From Eledone cirrhosa (lineage: Eukaryota): DNA of 64,000 nucleotides. The stretch covers positions 234,732,001 through 234,796,000 of the forward strand of contig OZ024742.1 in the NCBI GenBank assembly GCA_964016885.1, given 5' to 3'. Under the pieces are notes generated by a model. That model did not search any database. It was given only the letters and a program-made list of their open reading frames with translations, and was not told where the DNA came from. Positions 1 through 13,582 of this stretch are shown piece after piece; the first letter of the stretch is position 1; every line of letters starts with the position of its first letter. Made by a program: the position numbers and the translations under genes.

Positions 1-571
1 ACACCCAGTGGCCTTGTCTCCACTGGCCACGATGATACTTTCTATGAAAGTATTTTGATTCGTCGATCTCTACAATGATCGACGAACCATTCTCATCGAA
101 TCCTCCAAGCTGTTGAGGATTCGTCTCCAAATACTGCTCACAAATTTCTCTAAGGAAATTGCACCAGTCTATAATTGTCGGCTTGCTAAGTCCTGTTTCT
201 CTCATCATTTCAGTTTGGGCATGATCGTAGCACCACATATACATAATGCCAATAAGTTGTTCGAGTCGAACACGGCTTCGATAAAATATAGAATTCCGTC
301 GCACCGATTGACAAAATTTGTCGCGGCAGCATCGTCATCTCCATTTATCAATCCCCTCAGAATATCTTGTCAATGTGCACGCCTCATTGCAGACAGGACA
401 ATTCACACTGTTCGCCAACAGACGCCGACTCGCAAACCACTGTAACATACACAACGTGTCACCGTGTATCGCCGGACACAGCGTATACATTGTTTCAAAG
501 CGATTAACAATAGCATTGGTATCCAAAATATCTTCAACTAACTTAACGCGACCAAACACTCGTCCAGCCAT
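1..571 (-). mobile_element. Merlin (IS1016/IS1595-related, ISXO2-like) DNA transposon transposase, N-terminal part, one in-frame stop
   Basis: Reading through the TGA at 335-337 keeps one frame to the window edge: CPVC...KWR*RCC...RRNSIF...TIIDWCNFLREIC...LGG...IVEIDESKYFHRKYHRGQ...GHWV. This is the zinc ribbon plus first-D motif of Merlin/IS1595 transposases. Confidence 0.88.
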
Positions 572-1389
572 ATTTGATGTGACATTGTATTAGAATCCAT
601 ATACACACAAACATATATATACACGTGTAAACCAATGCTTGCGTGGAAGATAGACGTTAAACGATGATGACACAAACACATATATATACACACATATACA
701 CACCCACACATATATATATATTAAGAAATCCATACAATTGCGTGTGTATCGTAACTTTCATTTTAAAAAAGAACAACAAACAAATTCACAGTGTTGTCAA
801 AAATTCAGTGTTGTCAAAAATTACTTTCACTTTCCGGAACGCCCGTCTTAACGTATGCCTTTATTTATAAACTTAACTTCATTTGTTTTCTAATTTGATA
901 ACCATGACTTATGAAAATATATTTATTTTTAAACTTAACAACTTGTACTGCCAATTTCATTTTTAAAATTAACTTCATTTGTTTTCTGATTTGATATACA
1001 GAGAGAAATAAATATATTTTCATTTGAAAACAAATAAAAAACAAATCGATTACGCTAAACGTAAATAAACATAAATAAACGCGTGGTGATACGGAAATAA
1101 AAGAAGGTTGACGAATGACGTCAGATTGACGTCACATTTTTCTACTTTCACTTCTGACAGCCAATTCCAGTTGTTTTGTGGTCTCATTCGTGCCTGAAAC
1201 CAATTTGGTATTTTTCTCAGACCCACGAAGACCAGGCTTTTTACAGGTAGCTTTTACTCGCTTCTTCGTAACTACATCACTAGGTTGTAAGAGTTTTGAG
1301 AGCTAACAGTGTCACCCATTGCTCCAATTTCTCTAGTAGTGTATCGCTATTGGTCCAGGTTTGCTTATTCGTCCAATATCGCAACTAAC

Positions 1390-1510
1390 AATAATTGTTT
1401 CTACTTTTGGCACAAGGCCAGCAATTACCCAGTACATTACTGGTACTTTATTTTATCGACCCCGAAAGGATGAAAGGCAAAGTTAACCTCGGCGGGATTT
1501 GAACTCAGCC
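1390..1510 (-). mobile_element. Same SINE family, 5'-truncated
   Basis: Matches from the tail to the B-box (gatttgaactcag), then diverges. Confidence 0.85.
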
Positions 1511-3103
1511 GTATCGCTATCCGCCACCTGCGACACGTTCCCCCATCCATTAATCTGATTAAATATGTTTATGATCCGTAAAAGGAACTTAAATAAATAA
1601 ACAGCCGTGTGCACTGAGTTACATAACTGCAACAGGAAATGCTGTATGTAATTGAAGCAAGTCAAGACACTCGCAGCATTACTGCGTGTCTTTCCCTACT
1701 GAAAGAAAAGTATCATGGGTTATTGCAAAAATTTGTTAGAAAAATTAAGATGTTGAACTGGAATAAAAAATAAAGAAAACGAAATCTATGAATCCAAGCA
1801 AATCTGTTCCCAAGGAAGTAAGTGAGAAAAAAAAAGAATATATTCAGGATATAAAGCCTGCCAAATCTTCATTAATAGATCTGGACCGGCGGTTTGGACA
1901 ATCAAATTCAGTAGCGTAGCTTCGTGGAGGAGACACTTTTCTCCTGGTGGCACTTTTAGGTCTTGTAGATATTCGTGTGTGTAGGGGTGCGTAAAACTCA
2001 AGGGCTGTCCTAGGCAGCATGCTCGAGCTACACCACTGATTAAATTAACGAAAAATGTATGCAGGGGTGAACCTGTTTAACTGTGTTGGCTTGCCTCAAT
2101 ATTTTCCATTGACCCTTGTAGTGTGCGAACGATTGTTGCACCTGGTGGTAAATCGATGGGTTTTTTTCCCTAGATTTGATCATATATTTTTGTGCATTAT
2201 ATTTGTGAGATACCTAGCAATAATTAATTGCATTTATTATGTGTTTATATTTTCATTCTGTAAGAATAAACAATTTGTAATGCTATTTATAAAAAAAAAT
2301 TGTTTTCACTCTGGTGGATATCTAAATGTATTCGTGAGTGAAAATTGTTTTTTTTTTTATTTTCCGCAAAACTGGCCGTAAATTCACTTGGTATGCAAAT
2401 GAGGCTAATCAACCGATGTATACATTTTTGAGAATACTATTCTCAGCAGTTTCGATGAGTAGCAGACATAAGAATATACCATCTTGATAAGGAGCAAACA
2501 CTCCAAAACAATTGTCGATTGTTTTCTCTCAGCTACCGCTGGAACAAAAGGATGAAGTTGCTCATCTAGAAAACACACAGTGTTTATGCAAATAAACCGA
2601 ATATTAATAATGATATTGTTATAATATTATCATTCACTCACGAATGTTATTTACACAACTGTGAATAATAAAGATACTTATATTAAAAAAGAATACTGCA
2701 ACATGCATGGGACATCACTTGATCTCTTTTTCATGTTTCGACAGTAATTTTGTATATGTAAATTCGGGATGATTTATGCGTAAAAGAAAATGTTTCAAAT
2801 TAAATTGTTTGATAATGAAAATTATTGTTATTAATTTAGATGAATAATTGATGGAAGAAATTATTGACCAGAGATTGCCATTTGATTTTTTAAATTTCAA
2901 ACTTTCACCCTCATGACACACACGCCTACCCCCAATTGAAATTTTGAAGAAATCTCTTTGAATTGTAATATATATATTTCAAATGTAAGAATCTGAAGAA
3001 ATTTTTGAAAAACAGAAACAAAAATGCTACATTTGAAAGCAGAAACTGATTGACAAATGTGGTTTCGATGTAAGCAAGAAAATGAAAGTATTAATTATGC
3101 TAA

Positions 3104-3329
3104 CCATTAAGCATTTAAACCAGCTGTATACGGTGAGAAGTTTCTCACCTCTTTCTGTTCAAACTGGCCATAACCAGCCACTCAAACCAATGTTAAGTTA
3201 TTGTTCTCAAAATAAATATTAAAATCTCCTAGATTCAATATTATGTGAGATAATTATGAGAGGTAAAGTCTTTACTGTGAAAATTATTGACCAGAATAGT
3301 AAATATAAAGTAATGCAAATGCTAAAGGG
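3104..3329. mobile_element. piggyBac-type MITE family 1 copy
   Basis: Shares attatgtgagataattatg...aatgctaaagggttaa with 39801-40020. Confidence 0.65.
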
Positions 3330-3446
3330 TTAAGCAAGTGATAGCTATATTCCAAATTGTGTAAACTTAAGTTAATCATTTTAATGATTTTAAGAATGTT
3401 GAAACTTTTTTTTATATCTAATTCTAATAAAGTTTGAAGACCTTAC

Positions 3447-3539
3447 CTGTTAAATCTTGAATCCTGATAAGCATCTTGTATATTTAATATTTCACCAGTC
3501 GAAGCCACGTATCCTGCTACGCCTTTATTTATAGAAAAT
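3447..3539 (-). CDS. PDE10A: PDE10A-like exon, GAF-B ([31 protein letters not shown])
   Basis: atttcag acceptor, CAG|gtaagg donor. Classic GAF GxAGxVAxTGExLNIxDAYxDxRFN motif. Confidence 0.95.
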
Positions 3540-5164
3540 CTGAAATTCCCAAAATCTTTGTTTAAACAGTGTACATGCTTTTTGTTAAATATTTTAAAAT
3601 GTAAATGGAAAAGTAAGTTTATCTAATAATGTTAAATGATTGATTGTGTAATTCATAAGAAACTCCCTATTATTTAATTCTAAAACTATTTAAATTCAAG
3701 TTCTTTCTACTGTTATAGAAACTTAATTGATCCACCAAATATTAGTTTCTAACTTAGGCCAGGAGTTTCATGGATGGGAAGTCGATCACATCCACTCCCA
3801 TACTGGATAGATATTTAATTTTATAGACTCAGGAAGGATAACAGACAAAGTTGATCTCGTTATCCATCAAATATTGAGTAGAAAAAGCTTCATCTTCCAT
3901 ATGAATCACATGTCCATACCAGCACAGTCTTCTCTCTTGATCCTACATTTTCTTATACCCAGTTCATCTGTGCCTCATCATTCATGTACACTAATAGCAC
4001 ACATCCAACAGTGTGTTTGCTTTATTTCTCTCCAGCCTCTGTATATCCTCTGCATTTACAGCTCATGTCTCACTGCCATGTAACATTGCACTTCTGTAGG
4101 TTTCATACAATCTACCCTTCGCTCATAAAACAAATGACAAATTGTGTCAAATCTGAACCTTTGATACCAGATTTGCTTGATTTAAGTTGCTATGGAGATA
4201 TATATATATATATATATATTTTTAAAAATCGTTATTGATCGGTTATTTTACACAAATCAAACAGACAGGTTTTTAAACATGTTAATTTATTTTGCCATCT
4301 TAATTATCTTTTTTAAACCAGGCACAAAGGGACATAATTTATGAAATATTAAATCATAACATCATGTTACAATTATGGTTGAAATAAGCAGCATTAAGGG
4401 AGCTTGTGTGGTCAGTTGATTGGCAAGGAAAGAAGAGATGAAGGATAATGTAGTTTTGAATATATGATTAGGGACAATCCAGAGTTAAACATAATCCCAG
4501 ATTTTAGGCTTGTATGGGAAAAGGTAGTTATATGCCTCGTTAAAAACATTATTACAACATTTAACAACCGTTTTCCCCACTATCAAAAATTGGTTGGTTC
4601 ATCACAGATCAAGTTAGTACTTAATCTGAGCCAGTGACTTCTCTTTATTTAACAAGTTTACGATGGCTGGATGCCCTTTCTATCATCAACCACTTTACAG
4701 AGTGTATTTGGTGCATCTATCATGTCACCAATGTCAGAGAGGTTGCCGTGCCCTTGACACAACTGAAGTCTTCTAGACCCCTTTTGGCATGGTTTCTACA
4801 GTTGGATGCCCTTCATATTACCAACCACCTTACAGCATGTACTGGATGCGTTTTTCATGGCACCAGCACTAGAGGTTTTCAGTCATAGACATGACTGAAA
4901 GATCCTCTCTACTCTGTGGAGTTGGATCTCTTGTCTATGGGGAGAATAGTGGGATAAGTATATGAATAAAATATAATAAGTGTGAGAGGGGTATGATGTG
5001 GGAAGAAATAAGGTGACATAGTATATCCTGGGTGTATGACATGTGGTGGGGTTTGACAGGGTGAGGTGATCCTGCATAGAGTGGGATGTAGTGAAGTGAT
5101 GATGAGAAGAGCAACAATGGTGGTGGGTGGGTCAGATCACATTCACATTTTTATACTGGTAGAT

Positions 5165-5620
5165 GAGACGTCTCCAGTATTGTATGTCATTAATCCTTGC
5201 AGTCCTTTGTCATCTCTGTTGTCACTTCCATGAGCCCCACTCACTGATTTCTCTGAGTTTATTTATACAATTATCATCTTCCATACACATTGTGTATCAA
5301 TACTATTGCGTTCTTCTCTCTTGCACTCTGCATCAGACCCCTCTTGTACAGGGTTTTTCTCTCAGCTCACTTTTGTTGCACCATTCATGTACACTAACAT
5401 TATTCATCCACCAAAGCATGCTCGTTTCATTTCTTTCTAGCCATTGCAAGTCTACAGTCAAGGCTCATGCATCATTGCCATGGTGATTTGTATTTTCACA
5501 CAGGCATCATACTGTCAACCCTTCTTCTATGAGAGAGAAACTTTGTTGCCACCAGTGGTACAAGCTCCTTAAACTTCCTCTAGACCATTCTTACTCTGGC
5601 AACCGCACTATTGGAACGAA
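5165..5620 (-). mobile_element. Old RTE-like LINE C-terminal fragment (another at about 3880-4120)
   Basis: Reverse complement matches the W..FRELLPL...RLERNE...LRW region of the younger copies. Confidence 0.7.
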
Positions 5621-7286
5621 TATCAATTCTGGTACATATCTATCTTTTTTTATGAATGAAACTACTTAATCATTGTCTTCACAATAATAAAGTTAGCCTT
5701 AGAAATCTGCCCATTTCCTCCCAAGACAAAAACTGAAAAGAGCATATTTGAGGTATAATCATTATCACCATCATTTAACATCTATTTTCCATATTTGCAT
5801 GTTTTAGATGGGTTGTTATATTATGAAATCAGTTTAGGTGACTAAGTTTTACTCATATACTCTTATTTTATCTTAGTTTTCTATGACTGGATGCCCTTCC
5901 TAACACCAACCACATTACAGCCTGTACTGGGAGCTTTTTTTGTGGCACCAGCACTACTACCTTACATGGTGGGCTGGGTGCTTTTTGTTGTGGCACCACC
6001 ACTACTACCTTACAGGATAGAACTGGGTACTTTTTGTTGTGGCACCAGTATTACCACCTTACACGATGGACAGGGTGCTTTTTGTCATAGTTCACTTTGT
6101 AAGTACTGGTGCTGAGTGCTTTTCATTGAGGTACCAGTATGACCATTTTACAATAACACATTGCAGACAAATACTGCTAGAAGATTATCACTACTCTACA
6201 GAGTTATCATACCCTGTTAATCCCACTTCTCTATATGACTATTAATCTAACAGCTCTCACACATTGCTGTCAACACCACCACACTGTTATCAACCCATTA
6301 CTCTTTAACTCCCTAATAATTTTTTCTTCTTTCAATATTAACCTAATATCATTTACATCATGGAAGAGTTATGATAGCTTTTTAAAATATATGTACTGTT
6401 ATAGTCACCATTGTTTAATTCTTGATAGCATTATATACTATAAATGACCTGATCATTGACAACATTCCACTGCAGTAGAATTGCAAATTACCAAGTTGAA
6501 ACTTTTTGATGCTTTATAGTATAGAACTATCCTCATCCTCATCATCATATAACATTTATTTTCCATGCTTAGGCAGGTTGTCATGTACTGAGGCTAGACT
6601 TATCAGGTGGGTGAGATCTTGAAGAGCATGAGATGTGTCTGATGGAATATTGCAAGGCATGCTTGGCTTTCCATGCTGGCATGGGTTGGACGAGGAACAA
6701 GGATATTGGTGGGTATAGGGCACACATCTTTTTTCATGCTAACATTGGTTGGATAAGGAAGGAGAATTTGGGATGAGGATGAGGAGAAGCACAGTGTGAG
6801 GTGGGAACACTAGTATACAATATCAAGAAATCAAGTGAATATAATGTTATATTATCATCATCATCACCATTTAACATCCATTTTTCCATGCAGGCATGGG
6901 TTAAATGAATTATCCCATTGTAAGACAAGTTAGATCAGATGACTGTGTCTTGCTCATACAGAACTGTCTCTTGCTTGATTTCTATGGCTGAATGCCGTTC
7001 CTAATGCCAGCCACACTTAGTGTGGACTGGGTGTTTTTTATTGTGGCTCCACGATGACCACTTTATAGTGTGGATTGGGGTGGGGGAGGTTAATGTATGT
7101 AGGGTGGTGATTGGAGAGGTTGGTGAAGGGTGGATTTTTAGGACGTGGGAGGTGTATACTCGAGACCACTAGATATATGTATATATTTTAAATGATTATC
7201 ATGACTCTTTTATGATGTAATTGTCTCAGTTTCAAACATGGTTTCAGATCAAGTCATTTTCCAAGCAAGTACAAATAAAAAATTAC

Positions 7287-7417
7287 CTGATATCATTTGA
7301 CATATATTTCTCTGGATCTGAACCAGCATCAAATATTCGTGAGAACAATTCTCTACGTTGCATGTCAACCAAAAACAGAGAAGCGCGATCAGCATTTGTT
7401 AGGGTCTTGGCTGAGCT
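7287..7417 (-). CDS. PDE10A: PDE10A-like exon, GAF-B (SSAKTLTNADRASLFLVDMQRRELFSRIFDAGSDPEKYMSNDIR)
   Basis: atttcag acceptor, CAG|gtaatt donor. Classic GAF ADRxSLFLVD motif. Confidence 0.93.
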
Positions 7418-8375
7418 CTGAAATTGAATAATTACAAGTTAGATTATTAAAACAAAGCTACATTGAGATGCTTATTTTCGTCTTCCACTCCTGAAACTAT
7501 AAGTATCATCATCATCATCATTGTTTAGCATCCATTTTCCCTGATTGTAAGAGTTGGATGCGTTGTCACAGACTGATCAGGTGGACTGAGGGCCTGACAT
7601 ATGATTTTATGCTGTACTGTAATTTGTAAATTGTAATTAAATGTCCAACATTGGGTCTGTGTTAGACAATGAAAGTTCTATTATTTTACACTTTGTAGCC
7701 AATTTCATGGGCTGATCATTAGATTATATACATTTTCTGTAATATATATAATTGTTTACATTATTGTCAGTCACACTACAAAATATCCTGCATATACACA
7801 GATTTTATGAAATGTAATCAACTATGTGCATCAGTTTAACAGCATTTTCTCTGCTTATTCATTGTGTGAGCTGGGGAGCCTTGCCAGAAGTATAGGGGTT
7901 AGTGATATTATGTAAGCAGAAGGATGTCTGGTGTAAGTCTTTTCCCCTTTGGCTATCTTGTTGATCAGACATGATTGCCATGTGAGCTCTAGTATATGTC
8001 CTAGGTTTCTGGACAGAAGTAAGGCAGGTATCTTGAAGGTATATCTCATCTGGACAAAATCAACAATAGAAGGGGACCCATGAGGGTAGGTGAGTCTATG
8101 CTTTTCCTTTACACAGAGTATATGACACTTGATAAAAAAACAAGTTTGAATGGGACTGAACATTGCAGTGACCATAGAGACAATTTTCAGTCATTATAAA
8201 TGAAGACATTGTTACTATATTCAATTTTCAGGAATTATAAATTATAACGATAAAATAAGCAGTGTCCAAGAAATACAAATAACTAGAGTTTTATTTGGGA
8301 ATATACTTTTATCACTGTGGGTTGAAGTTGAAAGATATAGTTGTTTGCAAAACAAAATAACTAACCATAACTCAC

Positions 8376-8424
8376 CATAATCTTGATTATTATTGTATCC
8401 ATGCTCATATCACTGAAGATAGAC
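8376..8424 (-). CDS. PDE10A: PDE10A-like exon, GAF-B start (RSIFSDMSMDTIIIKIM)
   Basis: ccacag acceptor, ATG|gtgagt donor, phase 2 to 0. Confidence 0.88.
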
Positions 8425-9219
8425 CTGTGGAGATTGAAAGCAAAATTGAAAAGGTGTCTACACATCTATAATGATACTTTCTGGCTGCAGCTTGGTGTCA
8501 AATGGACACGTCTTCTCCGTCTCCGATTTATCTGTCTGTCTATCTAATTTGTTCGTTTTATCACGCATACAGCACACCAGCAGAAATATATATTTTCTGT
8601 TGTATGAGCTGGCAATTTTATGTAGTCCTCTCAAGTTAAATCATGTGGTGAAACTACATCCGGTATGAGAGCCGATGAGGTGAAATGATGTTTGTGTGAT
8701 CTTGTCTCATTCATTTTCTTCCTTTGCTCCCCTCTTCCTATCACTTCTGTAGGCCAACACATTGCTAGCCGCTGATTTCTGTCCTTTAACGTAAATTTTA
8801 CCGTATGTTGTCATTGATGGCATTTTGCTATTTTAACAGCTTTTCTTGCATTGAGTTTTTCTCGTTATTCTATGAATATATATATATATATAATCTTCTA
8901 TCTATCCCACCCAAAGCAAATGACAGAGGAAGTGTGTTGATAGAGACTAAAGACTCAGGATGCCTTTTAGCTATTTACACTAAGAATTCCTGCTGCAGAG
9001 AGAAGAAACACCTAAAATTTCCTAGCTGAAAGTTTACTGATTTTTACTGATTTGATTAGCTAGTTGAAATGGCTATATCTATCATATGGTTATGGTGATA
9101 ATTTTTTGGTAGCAACATGGTGAATGAATATTTTAGTGTTTACCAAATTCAAAAATGGCAGATTTCAAAAACCTTAATTGTTGTGAGATAATAGTCTGAT
9201 ACACACAGTTTATTTTGGC

Positions 9220-9426
9220 AGTTTTACAAATAATTGTTTCTACTTTTGGTACAAAGCCACCAATTATCCCAGTGTATTACTGGTACTTTATTTTATCGAC
9301 CCCGTAAGGATGAAAGGCAAAGTTAACCTCGGCGGGATTTGAACTCAGAATGGAAAGGGACGTAACTCTATGCTGCACAGCATGGCGTCAGACCCTCTAA
9401 CGATTCTGCCAAGTTTTACAAATAAT
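9220..9426 (-). mobile_element. Same SINE family with TSD agttttacaaataat
   Basis: Near-identical body to the 19702 copy; direct repeats at 9220 and 9412. Confidence 0.88.
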
Positions 9427-9521
9427 GAAGGTGTATGTGTGTTGACAGATGTAAATATCAGCAACCTATATCATCGTTACTCCAATGATACAAGTCTGAA
9501 AAAAGTAGTTGTTATATTTAC

Positions 9522-9580
9522 CTTGTCACAGTTAAAATAAAGTCGTTAAGTTGCCTCTGACGTTCCATTTGGATCCCTAC
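9522..9580 (-). CDS. PDE10A: PDE10A-like exon, GAF-A/B linker helix (VGIQMERQRQLNDFILTVT)
   Basis: tatacag acceptor, AAG|gtaaat donor. LNDF motif as in PDE10 QTELNDFLLDVS. Confidence 0.9.
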
Positions 9581-10594
9581 CTGTATAGAAAAATTGAAAA
9601 TATTAATTATGCATTACAGCATATGATGTTTTCATCGTCATCATCACCATTTAATGTCTATTTTCCATGTTTGCATGGGCTAAACAAGCTATCATGTAAT
9701 GAGGCCAGACAAGTCAAGTGACCATGTCCTACTCATACATTCTATTTATGGTTGGATGCCCTTTCTAACAACAACAATGTCACAAGGTAAACTGGGTGCT
9801 CTTTGTCATGGCATCAATACAAGATGAATGGGGATCATTCTACTTGCATGGCTTAAACAGGCTGTTTGCATAATTGCAAATGAATCAAATATTATTAATA
9901 TTCAAAAAGCTCTGATTTACATTTCTTATATATATATATACATATACAAAAAATCTTATACTTCAGCTGCTTAGCACACAACTTTATATTTATCATAGGG
10001 TGTGTATGCAAATATATTTAATCTTGTTAAAGTAGATAGAGGTTGAAACCTAGGTCAATAAGATGAACTATTAATATTAATGCTACATATATATTCAACA
10101 GAAAGCAAATTGCACTTATATATGCCATGTCTGGGACTCAAAATTGCATATGATGACCTCTTAGTGTTGGTGCCCCCTAGTACACTTTGTAAAGTGTTAG
10201 TGCCGGTACCACGATATAATGCACTTAATACACCCTGTAAAGTGGTTGGTGATTGAATGGAGATACTAAAGAGTAGAGAAATCTTCCTAGTTTATCAAAG
10301 CATATGCTGAAGACTAGTGCTGGTGCCAAAATAAAATCAACCCTGTACCCTCTGTAAAATGTTGATGGTGATGCCACAATAACATTCACCAAATACTCTT
10401 GTAAAGTGGTGTTGCTATGATAAAATACAACCCCTACACTCTGTAAGGTGGTTGGCATTAGGAAGGGTATCTAGTCATAAAAACCATGCCAAATAGGGAA
10501 TATGTGGGCAAGATGAGGTCTCTCCAACTTGTCTAACCCCTGTCAGCATGAAAAGCAGATTATGATGTTGAATATAGTAGTAGTAATTTCTTAC

Positions 10595-10645
10595 CTCAAT
10601 ATTTTTAAGAAGAACACTGGCCCAAATACGAAAACAGTATGCCAA
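10595..10645 (-). CDS. PDE10A: PDE10A-like exon, end of GAF-A (LAYCFRIWASVLLKNIE)
   Basis: ttacttccag acceptor, GAG|gtaaga donor. WASV motif as in PDE10. Confidence 0.88.
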
Positions 10646-10710
10646 CTGGAAGTAAAGATTAGAATAAAGTAAATTTTGGAATGTAGTGGATACAGAACTG
10701 GTTGTATCTA

Positions 10711-11820
10711 TTAGGTTGGATAGAAAGTTCTCGCCATGTTTCAAATTTTTATTGACTTTGGTATTTTTTAACAGGAAAATTTTACAAGTGAAAATAATTG
10801 CCATCATTTGCGATAATTTCTTCCATCATTTAGGAAGGCACGTGATTCGATCCCTGTAGAATTCTTCTAGCTTCCATGCAAAGAATTCCATCAAGGTCTT
10901 TAACTGAATTGCTCATTGAGTCTGTAGGTGTGAGACAGGTGAATACAGTGAGTGGGGCAGAACCTCCCAACCTAGCTTCAGCAGCTTCTCATGGGTCATC
11001 CTTGATGTATGTGGCTGATCATTATCATAAAGGAATCAAAAGGACTATGGTGGGGACACACCTGTGCGATTTTCACCGCTAATCTGTCAAGTTGTTGGTA
11101 ATAGACATCAGAATGTGTTCGGTGCGGCAGCTGATAGTGAATGAAACCTTTCCAGTCCCACCATCACTTGCACTTGACATTAATGTAAAGACACCATTTT
11201 TCATCACCAGAGACAATGAAATGTAGCCAGTTTGTTGTGTGATGGTAAGAGAGCGGAGAAGTCGCAGTTGTTGCCCGACATTCACAATTAAAGTCAGTTA
11301 GATTGTGGGGAACTCATTGGTCCAGCTTGGACACCTTCCCTATTGCATACAGATGATTGAGAATGGTTGTTTTTGATGCCCCAAGTATTTCAGAGAGTTG
11401 AAGTGATGTCTGGTGTTGGTCGGCTTCCACCCGCTCATGTAGTTGCTTGTCATTGAAGTTGGATGGATGTCCTGTGCAAAATTGAGCTTCAAGGTTGTAA
11501 TCACCAGAATGGAAGCATGCGAACCAGTCCCTGGCAGTGCATTCAGAAATGGCACATGACCTAAATGCATTGTTAATGTGACGACTTGATGCTACTGCCC
11601 TTAGGCCATATTTGAAGTTAAAGTAAGCAGCCATGAATAAACAATTTGGATAGACCCATGCTGCTTCCTCTTTGACAGTGTAACAGAAAATGAGAAATGC
11701 ACATTGTGCATATCAACGTCACTTATTATATATGTGCGCATGCACAACCTTAAACATTTCCAGAAAACTCTACCAAAATACCTCTTTTGCAAAACAGTAG
11801 GAACTTTCTGTCCAACTCAA
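10711..11820 (-). mobile_element. Decayed mariner (Tc1/mariner) element with both TIRs
   Basis: TA-ttaggttggatagaaagttc ... gaactttctgtccaactcaa-TA. ORF 11314-11634 is a mariner HTH region. Minus-strand remnants IVSGDEKW, DNDQPH and PHSLYSP are visible. Confidence 0.9.
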
Positions 11821-12359
11821 TATAAAGTTATATATAACTGACTGCTAAAAATCACGCATAGCAACCTTGAAAGTAGATTATATTACTGAGTGAATAATCT
11901 GTATCTTCTTCAATTTTGTCTTGGTATATCTTTTAATGGAATAACTCTAGGATTTAAATTTTTGTTTTATGAAACCTATGTTAACAGAATCAGGACTAGA
12001 TATCTTGTAGTATTTAGTTATGTACTTTTACATTCTGAATTCAAAACACACCTTTCATTCACCCAATGTCGATAAAATATGTACAAAGCAATCCTAAATA
12101 TTGGATTTATATTTGAAACCAGATCACAGTATCAACTCAACAGGTAGAAGGTGAACATTGAAAAAAATGTAGATTAGAGGAATAAGACAGAATTATGAAA
12201 GATGATTCATGAAGACTAAACAGACTAGTTGAGAAGAAAAGAAAAATAGATGCTAGTAAATAAGTGGATGTAAGAAGAGATGAAAAAGGGTAGCAAAATA
12301 CAAAACGAATGGACATATTTCAAAGAAAATAAAGAAGAAAAATATGCTAGATGTAATGG

Positions 12360-12955
12360 TAGCACAACCATCTGGCATATGGAAGGTGTGAGTTTATGTC
12401 TAACAGGTGATGATGTCCATTTTTTCCTGTCTTTATGGACTTATATGCCCAACTTGTGCAACTATTTTTCATAGTCAAAAAACCTAGGTTGAAGCCTGCC
12501 TTATCCCATCCTCATATCTGAGGGTTGTGGCCATGGACCAGCACTCTCCATCTTTTTCTGTCTCTTTCCATTGTCGTACATTCCACCAAACTCCTTCCCA
12601 TTCATTCCTTAATATCATCTGTCCATCTCCTTTTCTGCCATTCCCTGGCCCTTTCCCCTCAAGAATGTGGGAAGTCAAATTTTCAAAGGTTGAAGCAGTT
12701 TACTTTAAGGATTCAAAATTTGCTCAATACTTCGTGAATACGATTGATTCTTTATTTACATCTACTGACCAAGAGATCATGCTTAAAAATGATGAGTAAG
12801 TGGTCATTCTCTCTTTGGTATAATGATAATGCAGTCATCCAGCATATAGCAGGTGTGAGTTTGAATCCCACAGGCAATGCTATCCATTTTTTTCCATCTC
12901 TTGAGGCTTATATACCCAACTTGTTTGACTATTTTTCACTGTCAAAAAGCCTACA
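12360..12955 (-). mobile_element. Old LINE remnants with a diverged direct repeat (about 12380-12486 and 12850-12953)
   Basis: ORF 12484-12678 has ILEGK..G..RKG, typical of RTE C-termini. The two ~105-bp blocks share ggtgtgagttt...cccaacttg...actatttttca...gtcaaaaa. Confidence 0.55.
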
Positions 12956-13006
12956 TTGTAGCAACCTACTTTAAGCTAACATACATTCAAAATCCAATAT
13001 ACTTAC

Positions 13007-13065
13007 ATGTTTATCTTCCATTTCAAATGCTAAGTTTTCATGTAATCTGTAAATATCAATGATAC
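13007..13065 (-). CDS. PDE10A: PDE10A-like exon, GAF-A (IIDIYRLHENLAFEMEDKH)
   Basis: tttttggcag acceptor, gtaagt donor. Resembles PDE10 ILELYRH...AF. Confidence 0.85.
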
Positions 13066-13280
13066 CTGCCAAAAATATCCAAATGTATAAGAATTTGATT
13101 TTAAAACTACATCTTCATTTATTATGACTTAAGAAAGTCTGGAAATTATTCAAATAAAAACAGTAACCAGTTTAATTTGAGGAACTGATATATATTCCAT
13201 TCATATATCTGATCACCTGAAAAAAGAAATTTGCAAGAAAAACACGTCTATATTATTAATTATTGTAAACGTTTTATTAT

Positions 13281-13582
13281 TACAGTATATGCCAGCGTAC
13301 AAGTCGATATTTGGAGTCTAAAAATATCTCTCCAAAACCAGGGGTCGACTTGTCCGCCGAATATAAAATATGAACCTTTACCACTGAAAGGTAAACAGAG
13401 AAACTGCCTGCCTACCTAACACTCGTTGTACATCACTTACCATAACTCTAGCAGCCCACCACAATTATTTCCTACTGAATCTCATATTTGTTAAATCTAT
13501 TTAACGTAATATTTAAGAATGGCAAGTATATTTAGGGGTCGACCTATGCACCGGATCGACTTGAACACTGGCATATACAGTA
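13281..13582. mobile_element. MITE, pogo/Tc1-mariner type, about 300 bp
   Basis: TIR tacagtatatgccagcgtacaagtcgat / atcgacttgaacactggcatatacagta, TA at both ends, subterminal ggggtcgac repeats. Confidence 0.8.

Noticed and set aside
1-571. Bacterial IS1595 contamination or direct transfer
   Set aside because: Contiguous with eukaryotic microsatellite, LINE tail and SINE sequence; eukaryotic Merlin is the simpler explanation, pending phylogeny.
13168-13216. Candidate minus-strand exon after a strong tttttcag acceptor
   Set aside because: No good phase-compatible donor, and the frames run into stops.
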